Shown here piece by piece: positions 1 to 7,429 of a stretch of 64,000 nucleotides of DNA. Below the pieces are notes generated by a model that saw only the letters and a list, made by a program, of their open reading frames with translations, made no database searches and was not told where the DNA came from. This DNA is from Chthoniobacterales bacterium (GTDB lineage Bacteria; Verrucomicrobiota; Verrucomicrobiia; Chthoniobacterales; UBA10450). Location: positions 152-64,151 of the forward strand of contig DASXIC010000015.1 of the NCBI GenBank assembly GCA_036498205.1, in the 5' to 3' direction. The number at the start of each line of letters is the position of its first letter. Position 1 is the first letter of the stretch. The position numbers and the translations under genes are program-made.

Positions 1-263
1 AAGTACTGGAGAGCAATGTTGCCGAGGTGTCGGAAAAGGCCCCGGAGCAAATTTCCCGGCTCGATCCCGAGCAGCTGGCCATTTGGATTTCAGCCGCGCC
101 CGATCCGCAGCGCAGCGCCATGGCGCTGTTTTATCTGGATGAATTCAGCTATCGGGAAATAATGTCGATGCTCGGTTTGAAATTAAGCGAACTCGCACAC
201 GCCATTGCGATTGGCCGCTGCGAATTCCAAGCCTGGCTCAACATCTCTGTGCCCGCTCAATGA
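1..263 (+). CDS. ECF-type RNA polymerase sigma factor, C-terminal part (5' end lies outside the window)
   Basis: The frame is open from nt 3 with no stop before the listed GTG at 27. The tail MALFYLDEFSYREIMSMLGLKLSELAHAIAIGR looks like a sigma-70 region 4 HTH. The stop overlaps the next start (ATGA at 260-263). Confidence 0.6.
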   Translation, partial: VLESNVAEVSEKAPEQISRLDPEQLAIWISAAPDPQRSAMALFYLDEFSYREIMSMLGLKLSELAHAIAIGRCEFQAWLNISVPAQ

Positions 264-1024
264 AACGTTTGCCTCGGGGACTGCGCGCCCTGGCCAATTG
301 CGCACCAATCGCTGATGATGCCGCCCCTGATCGGCGGATGCGCGCGGCGATTTCGAGGGCCAAAAAGCGAAGGAAGAATTTCGCACAACAGCAGGCCTTC
401 GACCGGGCGATGGCGGACTTGGTAAAATCGACGGCTGTACCACCGGAAATCGCAGAATGGTTTGCCAACGAAAAACTGGCAGAGGGAAGTAAACCCAGTT
501 GGAGGAATACCGCCAGACATCCCGCCATCCTGGCAATCGGGATTGCGCTGGCCGTTATCGCGGTCATCGCCTGGATCACCTTCGACGAGCAGATGCATGC
601 GTTTCCTGGGGCGTCTACGGCGAAAAAACTTCTGACGGTCGCAAGTTCGACCCGAGTATCCCAGTTCGACTCCGTAAAAACGGACGCTGGCACGCTCAGC
701 GATCTTTTTGTCATGAAATATCGCCTCGAACATTACGACGTGCCCCCGGAGTTTTCGCAACTGCGCACCATCGGCGTCCGCGTCTTTGATGATGAAGAAG
801 CGGGGCGCGTCGCTCAGATCGGTGTTGCCGAAAAAAGGATGCAATTCTTCTTGTTCCCGGCTCGCCGCGATTCCAAGACAGGCCAGCCAGAGGAGTTTCA
901 GGGGTGGCGCTTCTTGGAACAAGAGGGATGGACCGGTGCGGTTCGGGCCCGCAAAGGAGTTCTCTTCATGGCGACGCTGCGTGGCCCGAAGAAAGAACTC
1001 GCATCCTATTTGCCCAAGGAATGA
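260..1024 (+). CDS. Putative anti-sigma factor / single-pass membrane protein coupled to the sigma factor
   Basis: ATGA overlap with the upstream sigma gene. There is one clear hydrophobic helix (HPAILAIGIALAVIAVIAWITF) between a basic N-terminal region and a C-terminal domain. No recognisable family motif. Confidence 0.45.
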   Translation: MKRLPRGLRALANCAPIADDAAPDRRMRAAISRAKKRRKNFAQQQAFDRAMADLVKSTAVPPEIAEWFANEKLAEGSKPSWRNTARHPAILAIGIALAVIAVIAWITFDEQMHAFPGASTAKKLLTVASSTRVSQFDSVKTDAGTLSDLFVMKYRLEHYDVPPEFSQLRTIGVRVFDDEEAGRVAQIGVAEKRMQFFLFPARRDSKTGQPEEFQGWRFLEQEGWTGAVRARKGVLFMATLRGPKKELASYLPKE

Positions 1025-1158
1025 CCCATTGACAGTGGGCCGCCGCCACGAAAATTTGGCACCCCACAGCAGGTTAGTTCATCCGTGGAGGACCCCCGAA
1101 AGCATTCGGGGTTGGTCGAAGTTGGAAGCGACCCGAAAACGCGGTAAAAGAACTTAAC

Positions 1159-1230
1159 GCCAGGGTAGCTCAGCGGTAGAGCAGGGGACTCATAAGCCCT
1201 TGGTCGGGAGTTCGATTCTCCCCCCTGGCA
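1159..1230 (+). tRNA. tRNA-Met (anticodon CAU), elongator-type
   Basis: Hand-folded cloverleaf: acceptor GCCAGGG/CCCTGGC, D-arm GCTC-AGCGGTA-GAGC, anticodon loop CTCATAA, T-arm GGGAG-TTCGATT-CTCCC, discriminator A, no encoded CCA. Positions 1-72 are paired, so it is not initiator-like. A lysidine-type tRNA-Ile2 cannot be excluded. The innermost anticodon-stem pair is an A/G mismatch in my fold. Confidence 0.85.
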
Positions 1231-1248
1231 CTTTGTTACCGTTGCTAA

Positions 1249-2766
1249 ATGAGCGAGAACGGAAATCGTCTGCGAAAGTTTTTCTCCGGCGGAAATGAAT
1301 ACCGACTCACACGCTTTTTCATTCTGCGACTACTCGGATTCGTTTACGCAATTGCCTTTCTCGTCGCCGCAAATCAACTGGTGCCGCTCATCGGTCACCA
1401 CGGTTTAACACCGGCGGTTCGTTTCCTGGAAGTAGTTCAGTCGGAGCTCGGATCGCGAAGCGCGGGCATGATGCGAATACCGTCATTGTTTTGGCTTGGG
1501 ATTTCGGATCGTGGATTGTTAGTCGTAGCTTGGAGCGGTTTTGCACTATCGCTCATTGTTCTGGCCGGTTACGCCAACGCGATCATCCTGGCGATTTTAT
1601 GGACGATGTACATGTCCATCGTCCACATCGGTCAGATTTGGTACGGTTATGGGTGGGAAACGCAGCTGCTCGAGACCGGTTTCCTCTCGATTTTCCTTTG
1701 CCCGCTGATCGATCTGCGCCCATTTCCGCGGCGTCCTCCGCCGATTCTTGTGATCTGGCTTTTTCGCTGGCTCGGTTTCAGGATCATGATCGGAGCCGGG
1801 CTGATTAAATTACGCGGCGATCCCTGCTGGCGGGACCTGACCTGCCTTTATTATCATTACGAAACGCAGCCGATCCCGAATCCGTTCAGCCGATTCCTGC
1901 ATTTCGCGCCGCACTGGTTCCACAAGTTCGGAACCGCTTGGAATCATTTCGTCGAGGTAATTGTGCCGTGGTTTTCATTTGGCCCGCGACCGGTTCGGCA
2001 TGTCGCGGGAGTATTACTCATCACTTTCCAAATCGTCCTTATAGTCAGTGGCAACCTCTCTTTTCTTAATTACGTCACCATCATTCCGTTCCTGGCCTGT
2101 TTCGACGACACATTTTGGCGCAGGGTATTTCCCGCCTTTCTTTTCCGACACACGCGCGAGGGCGAATCCTCTCGCACTCAGGTCGGGGTCTCACTGGCTC
2201 TGGCAATCCTCGTCGCCTATCTGAGCATTGCGCCGGTCGCCAATTTGATTTCAAACCGGCAACTCATGAATTTCTCGTTCGATCCTCTCAACCTCGTCAA
2301 TACCTATGGCGCATTTGGAAGCGTCGGCAACGAGCGCGACGAAATCATTTTCGAGGGAACTGATGACGCCATCATCGCGGGCGACACGAAATGGAAAGAA
2401 TATGAATTCAAAGCCAAGCCGGGCGATCCGAATCGCCGGCCGCAATTTGTCGCGCCCTATCAGCCGCGACTCGATTGGCAAATCTGGTTTGCTGCCATGG
2501 CGTCGCCGGCGGATTATCCATGGACATTGCATTTCGTCTGGAGACTTCTGCATAACGATTCCGGAACGCTTTCTCTCCTGGCGAATAATCCATTCCCAAG
2601 CGCGCCACCGCGTTACATTCGTGCACGACTTTATCGTTATCAGTTCGCGCCACTTGGCGACACTGCATGGTGGCGTCGGGAACCAATCGGTGAGTGGCTG
2701 CCGGCGCTCTCAGTTGAGGACGAGGAATTTCGACGAATCCTCCTGGCGATGGACTGGCTCGACTAG
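1249..2766 (+). CDS. Lipase maturation factor (LMF1-like) family polytopic membrane protein
   Basis: 505 aa and multi-TM. The N-terminus YRLTRFFILRLLGFVYAIAFLVAANQLVPLIGHHGLTP and the C-terminal PYQPRLDWQIWFAAM...PPRYIRARLYRYQF resemble the LMF1 family as I recall it. Confidence 0.65.
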   Translation: MSENGNRLRKFFSGGNEYRLTRFFILRLLGFVYAIAFLVAANQLVPLIGHHGLTPAVRFLEVVQSELGSRSAGMMRIPSLFWLGISDRGLLVVAWSGFALSLIVLAGYANAIILAILWTMYMSIVHIGQIWYGYGWETQLLETGFLSIFLCPLIDLRPFPRRPPPILVIWLFRWLGFRIMIGAGLIKLRGDPCWRDLTCLYYHYETQPIPNPFSRFLHFAPHWFHKFGTAWNHFVEVIVPWFSFGPRPVRHVAGVLLITFQIVLIVSGNLSFLNYVTIIPFLACFDDTFWRRVFPAFLFRHTREGESSRTQVGVSLALAILVAYLSIAPVANLISNRQLMNFSFDPLNLVNTYGAFGSVGNERDEIIFEGTDDAIIAGDTKWKEYEFKAKPGDPNRRPQFVAPYQPRLDWQIWFAAMASPADYPWTLHFVWRLLHNDSGTLSLLANNPFPSAPPRYIRARLYRYQFAPLGDTAWWRREPIGEWLPALSVEDEEFRRILLAMDWLD

Positions 2767-4964
2767 CCAGCCTGCTCCCTGGCGAGGAGCTGGCATCGGC
2801 CGAGGTCCAGTTTTCCGGAGGCGAGTACTGGAATTTTATCCACGACGATTGCGCGCTTCGGTATCCAAAGATTCGGCACGCCTGCTTCGTTGAGCGAGCT
2901 GCGGAGGGCGTTCATATCAATCGGGTCGACGGTCAGGAGTAATAGCGCCTCACCTTTTGCTTCATCCGGCACGCCACAAATAGCTATTCGACGTTCGCTT
3001 CCGTCCAATCCTAAAGCTGCGATAGTTTTCTGCTCGACGAGCTCGTGCGGGACCATTTCGCCGCCAATTTTGGAAAAACGCGACAATCGCCCTTCAATGT
3101 AGAGGAACCCATCTTCATCCAAACGTCCGATATCGCCAGTCTTTAGCCATCCGTTTTGCAAAACCTCGCTTGTTCGCTTCGGGTCCTTTAAATAGCCTTC
3201 GAAGATGTTTGGTCCGCGAAGCCAAAGCATGCCGGTATCGTAGATCGTCAGCTTTTTGTCGGTTTCCGGGTCTCGAATCTCTGCTGCGATGCCGCTAGCC
3301 ATTTTTCCAACCGAGCCAAGCCGATAAAGCGGCTGAACAGTGACATCCGGTCGCTCCGGAATGGGATCTGGCAAATTGACCGAAACAACCGGCGTCGTCT
3401 CGGTCAATCCGTAGCCTTCGAAGACCCGTTTACCGAATCGGGCAAAGAATTTCTCGGAAAGATCCAGCGGCATTTTCTCGGCACCGACGATTACTAATCG
3501 AGCGGATTGTAACTGCTGGGGCTCGGCCTTACGCAGGTACGCGCGCAAGAAGGTCGATGTCGCCAGCATTACAGTGATTTTGTACTTCTCGACCAGGGCT
3601 GCATTCTTCGAGGTTTCGAGAGGGCTAGGGTAGGTAACGATCGGCGTGCCCTCAATCAGCGGATACCAGAGCGTGACGGTGCATCCGAAACTGTGAAAGA
3701 ACGGCAGCGACGCCAGGATGATATCGTCCGGTCCGGCATCGAGCATGACGGTGAATTGCGTCACATTGCTGACAATGTTGTGATGCGAAAGAATCACCCC
3801 TTTCGGCTCACCGGAACTGCCGCTCGTGAACAGCAATACCGCCTCTTCGTGTCCACCTTTGTCTGGTAAACCGAGCCAGTGGGACAAAAGCCTGTGCGGC
3901 AAGAGAAGGCTCGCGACCCACCAAAACAAAACTCTTGTCTTCAACTTCGGTAGCAATTCATCGAGTAAAACGATGTTCTGCGGCCACGGAAAATCTGGAA
4001 AGCGCGCACGGAATTGTGTTCCAGTGAGGGCGGTCTCAATTTCGGCCACTCCAATCGCGCTGGAAATCGCTTCCGTTGACGCGGTGAAATTCAGGCCGAC
4101 GGGAACCTTATTCGCAAGCACAACTCCCAGGTTCGCGACAACGGCTCCTTTTCCTGCCGGCAACACGATAGCGAGGCGCTTTTCCGGAAAATGTTTCCGA
4201 AGGTATCGACCGAGCGCGATCGACAAGGCAAGCAGTTTTCCGCGACTGAGCTTACTTCCATCCATTCCGTCGATGACAAGGATGGAAAAAGGAGAGCGTT
4301 TAAGCCCGCGAACCGCCCGGCGAGCGAGGTGCTCCCTCAATTCACGACGTTGCTCGAAGCAATCGGCTCCGATTTTCAGCAACTCCTCGTGAACGCGTGG
4401 GCTCGTCGCCTCTGGCGCGGTAAGTGCAGGACCGAACCCCACTGTCGCGCGATAGGGAAATTTGCGCGGCCATTTTCGAAAGAATCGGCCGCCGCGAAAT
4501 GAGAAGATCGAGCCCCAGAGTTGGTCGAGAAAAACAGGGACGACCGGCGCGCCGGCATGGCGCGCAATCATCTCGTATCCTCGTTGCAGTTTCTGCAAAG
4601 TACCGGTGCGTGATAATTGACCCTCGGGGAAAATGCAGACGATTTGACCAGCTTGAACTTGCGCCGCTGCGCGCCGGATCGCTTCACGCGGACGGGAGCG
4701 ACTGATCGGAATTGCTCGCGCCATCCGCAGGATCGGATTGAGAATCGGATTTCGGTAAAACTCCTCGTCGATAATGAAACGGATCGGCCGGGGGCAGCCG
4801 AGTTGAAGCACGATCGCGTCGACCCACGTGATATGGTTCGGCACGAGTAAACAACCGCCGGGCGGTAAGTTTTCCACGCTGATCGCCTTCACGCGATAGA
4901 CCAGCCGTACGAGTAGCAGGCTGAAGAAATAGAAGACCTGTTCGGCGGTGGAATCTCCCGGCAT
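2763..4964 (-). CDS. aas: Bifunctional lysophospholipid acyltransferase / acyl-ACP (AMP-forming) synthetase, Aas-like
   Basis: 733 aa. The N-terminal PlsC-type HX4D motif is present (PNHITWVDA). The C-terminal adenylate-forming domain carries LLFTSGSSGEPKGV, EGYGLTET and TGDIGRLDEDGFLYIEGR. The architecture matches E. coli Aas. Confidence 0.8.
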   Translation of the reverse strand: MPGDSTAEQVFYFFSLLLVRLVYRVKAISVENLPPGGCLLVPNHITWVDAIVLQLGCPRPIRFIIDEEFYRNPILNPILRMARAIPISRSRPREAIRRAAAQVQAGQIVCIFPEGQLSRTGTLQKLQRGYEMIARHAGAPVVPVFLDQLWGSIFSFRGGRFFRKWPRKFPYRATVGFGPALTAPEATSPRVHEELLKIGADCFEQRRELREHLARRAVRGLKRSPFSILVIDGMDGSKLSRGKLLALSIALGRYLRKHFPEKRLAIVLPAGKGAVVANLGVVLANKVPVGLNFTASTEAISSAIGVAEIETALTGTQFRARFPDFPWPQNIVLLDELLPKLKTRVLFWWVASLLLPHRLLSHWLGLPDKGGHEEAVLLFTSGSSGEPKGVILSHHNIVSNVTQFTVMLDAGPDDIILASLPFFHSFGCTVTLWYPLIEGTPIVTYPSPLETSKNAALVEKYKITVMLATSTFLRAYLRKAEPQQLQSARLVIVGAEKMPLDLSEKFFARFGKRVFEGYGLTETTPVVSVNLPDPIPERPDVTVQPLYRLGSVGKMASGIAAEIRDPETDKKLTIYDTGMLWLRGPNIFEGYLKDPKRTSEVLQNGWLKTGDIGRLDEDGFLYIEGRLSRFSKIGGEMVPHELVEQKTIAALGLDGSERRIAICGVPDEAKGEALLLLTVDPIDMNALRSSLNEAGVPNLWIPKRAIVVDKIPVLASGKLDLGRCQLLAREQAG

Positions 4965-5011
4965 TGTTTAACGTTTACATTCGCCGCTTCTCCCTCTGCA
5001 ATCGCCTTTCC

Positions 5012-6274
5012 ATGGCGAGCGAACGAAAACCGGGCGCGAGAACTGCCCTCATGCTGCTTATTGGCATCAATCTTTTTAACTACATCGATCGACAGGTCCT
5101 TTCTGCTGTCGAACCCGAAATCCGGGCGACATTCTTTCGCCCGGGCGACCCCAATGCGATGGCGATGACAGGCGCACTCGCCACGGCCTTCCTCGTCACC
5201 TACATGCTGGCAGCGCCTGCCCTGGGCTGGCTGGCCGACCGGTTTTCGCGCTGGTTCATTATCGGATGCGCGGTGGTCCTTTGGAGTCTGGCCAGCGGTG
5301 CATCTGGTTTGGCGATGACATTCACGATGCTTCTTCTTACGCGAGTTTTTGTCGGGATCGGTGAAGGCGGTTACGGACCAGCAGCTCCTACGATTCTGGC
5401 GGACCTCTTTCCTCTAACGGTTCGCGGCCGCGTTATGGCGGCATTTGCGGCGGCAATTCCCGTTGGCAGCGCGCTTGGCTATGTCCTTGGCGGAACGATC
5501 GCCGTTCACCTGGGATGGCGCTGGGCATTTTATCTGGTAACGCCGCCCGGTTTGCTGCTTGGCCTCTTTTGTTTTTTTCAACGAGATCCCCGGGCACGCC
5601 TTGGTGGGCGATCCCTCCGGAAACGCGCGAGTCTGGAAGATTATCTCGCACTGGTGAAGACTCGTTCGTTTGTCCTTAATACGTTCGCGCAAACGACAAT
5701 GACTTTTGCCCTCGGGGGAATCGCATTCTGGATGCCGGCATATCTGCAATTTCGACAGCAACCACCGTCCTCCCGAATTTTACTGGGCGCGATTACGGTC
5801 GTTGCCGGATTAATTTCGACAATCGTTGGGGGTTTTCTTGGCGATCGGTTGCGCGCGCGTGTTGCCGGTTCCTACTTTCTGGTTTCGGGAATTGGAATGC
5901 TGATCGCATTTCCGCTTTTCCTTGGAATGTTGTACGCTCCATTTCCAGCTGCCTGGGCACTGTTTACCGGCGCCGTTTTCTTCGTCTTCCTCAACACAGG
6001 CCCGTCGAATACCGCGCTGGCAAACGTATCAATGCCGTCAGTCCGAGCGACGGCATTCGCGCTGAACATTCTCATTATCCATGCTCTCGGCGACGCAACT
6101 TCTCCGCCAGTAATTGGCCTGATTGCCGGTCGCATAAACATGAACGCCGGTTTTCTTCTCGTTTCGGCAATGATGTTAGTTTCCGGTTTGTTCTGGCTCG
6201 CCGGAATGAAGTTCCTCTCCGCCGATACTGAAACGGTCGAGCTCGCTTCGGTGCAAGATGCCGCAACCCTGTAA
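5012..6274 (+). CDS. MFS transporter (possibly a lysophospholipid/Spinster-type transporter)
   Basis: About 12 predicted TM helices and an MFS signature-like GWLADRFSRW. The start is moved to the ATG at 5012 (MASERKPG...), because the longer ORF start at 4964 would abut the divergent aas start. Confidence 0.75.
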   Translation: MASERKPGARTALMLLIGINLFNYIDRQVLSAVEPEIRATFFRPGDPNAMAMTGALATAFLVTYMLAAPALGWLADRFSRWFIIGCAVVLWSLASGASGLAMTFTMLLLTRVFVGIGEGGYGPAAPTILADLFPLTVRGRVMAAFAAAIPVGSALGYVLGGTIAVHLGWRWAFYLVTPPGLLLGLFCFFQRDPRARLGGRSLRKRASLEDYLALVKTRSFVLNTFAQTTMTFALGGIAFWMPAYLQFRQQPPSSRILLGAITVVAGLISTIVGGFLGDRLRARVAGSYFLVSGIGMLIAFPLFLGMLYAPFPAAWALFTGAVFFVFLNTGPSNTALANVSMPSVRATAFALNILIIHALGDATSPPVIGLIAGRINMNAGFLLVSAMMLVSGLFWLAGMKFLSADTETVELASVQDAATL

Positions 6275-6280
6275 AACAAA

Positions 6281-6306
6281 CCGCGGGAGCGTTTCCACTC
6301 CCGCGG
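6281..6306 (-). terminator. GC-rich hairpin between convergent genes, likely an intrinsic terminator for the minus-strand gene
   Basis: A 9-bp perfect stem CCGCGGGAG/CTCCCGCGG with an 8-nt loop. On the minus strand it is followed by TTTGTTTTA. On the plus strand there is no U-tract. Confidence 0.4.
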
Positions 6307-6334
6307 CCATGAGTTTAGGGCTATCCGTTCCTTG

Positions 6335-7309
6335 TTAAGGCGTTGGACTTGGTTCCGCTGAGGAAGAGCCCCCAGATGGGCTCGATTCGGCCCCTGAAGA
6401 ACTCCCTTTTCCGTGCTTGTGGCGCCCAGTCTTGCCTTCGCTGGCGGTAGTCTCTCCGGGAGTACCAGTAGTTCCGCTGGATGATTCTGCCGCACTCCCG
6501 CTCGGCGAAGCAGTGGAGGCCGCACCGTGTCGGTGCCCCTTGCCCGTCCCGTGCTGTGTCGTTTCTGCGGCACTCGAAGATGACACCGCAGCAGAAGGCG
6601 TTGCGCTGGCGCTCCCGCGTTTAGACGCGGCCGCGGAAGAAGTGGGCGAAGCTTTCGCGCTCGGCGAGGCCGAAGCACCTGGCGTCATTGAAGCGCCTGG
6701 ACTAACTGCTGGCGAAGCCATGGCTCCGGGTGAGGCCGAGACGGAAGCGCCCGGCGAGGCGTAAGCGTTGGTTTGTCCAGCAACCCCGGTTTGCCCTGCA
6801 ACGCCAGTTTGCTGTGTGCTGTAGCCGCCCGTAGTCGAGGTTCCGCCGATGCCGATGTTCACGCCGACGCCTGGCTGAACCCCATAGTAAGAGTAAACGT
6901 TATTGACCCAACCACTGGTCGAGTACTCGTCGATGCGCGCATAATCAAAAGCTGGCGCATTGTAGATCCGCTCACGATCGACCCGAACGGTAACGACACT
7001 TGGATCCTGACTCACGCTGTAGACCGACCAGGGAACTGCGACCGTTTTGGTCGAGCTAGTCACGCGACTACCAGTGCCGCCAGTAGATAAGACCGTATAG
7101 GCCATGCAACCCGTGTTGCGATCAAGTACGACATCCTTGACGACGCCAACTTCCTCGCCACGCGAGTCTTTGACTTTTACTCCGACCAGTTTGCTGGCTG
7201 GCACGTAACTGGTCGTCGTGGTGGTAGTACTCTGGGTTTGAGAGTTAACGGGTGCGGCGGCCAGACCCAGCGCTGCCAACAGTACCCCAATCATAAGAGA
7301 TGTTTTCAT
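6335..7309 (-). CDS. Secreted PRC-barrel domain protein with a long Ser/Thr/Ala/Gly/Pro-rich tail
   Basis: Signal peptide MKTSLMIGVLLAALGLAAAPVNS. A PRC-barrel-like core follows (LVGVKVKDSRGEEVGVVKDVVLDRNTGCMAYTVL...VAVPWSV). The C-terminal ~170 aa are low complexity (QTGVAGQTGVAGQT, SPGASVSASPGAMASPAVSPGASMTPGASASPS). Confidence 0.65.
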   Translation of the reverse strand: MKTSLMIGVLLAALGLAAAPVNSQTQSTTTTTTSYVPASKLVGVKVKDSRGEEVGVVKDVVLDRNTGCMAYTVLSTGGTGSRVTSSTKTVAVPWSVYSVSQDPSVVTVRVDRERIYNAPAFDYARIDEYSTSGWVNNVYSYYGVQPGVGVNIGIGGTSTTGGYSTQQTGVAGQTGVAGQTNAYASPGASVSASPGAMASPAVSPGASMTPGASASPSAKASPTSSAAASKRGSASATPSAAVSSSSAAETTQHGTGKGHRHGAASTASPSGSAAESSSGTTGTPGETTASEGKTGRHKHGKGSSSGAESSPSGGSSSAEPSPTP

Positions 7310-7429
7310 ATAGTTTTATGCAGAGACGATGCGCGCACCTGTGTTATTCAGTGGCGCTGCAAAAGTATCGTGACGAGTGCTCGTGGCGGATGTAGCCGAC
7401 GCGGTTTAGCGCGAGCCTGTTAGGGTGCG

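Noticed and set aside
1159-1230. The tRNA-Met as a genomic-island integration site, or as an initiator tRNA.
   Set aside because: There is no integrase, no direct repeat of the tRNA 3' end, and no compositional break that I could see on either side. Positions 1-72 form a G-C pair, which argues against a bacterial initiator.
5872-6764. Overlapping ORFs 5872-6678 (-) and 6417-6764 (+), with repetitive Ala/Pro/Gly/Glu sequence.
   Set aside because: They are out-of-frame or antisense readings of the MFS gene 3' end and of the low-complexity tail of the PRC-barrel gene. The PRC-barrel frame has a signal peptide and a recognisable domain, and these do not.
6600-6800. Short tandem nucleotide repeats (GCCCCTGG/GCGCCTGG-like periodicity), considered as a possible non-coding repeat array.
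   Set aside because: They are in frame within the PRC-barrel protein tail (SPGASxSASPGA repeats), so they are coding low complexity.
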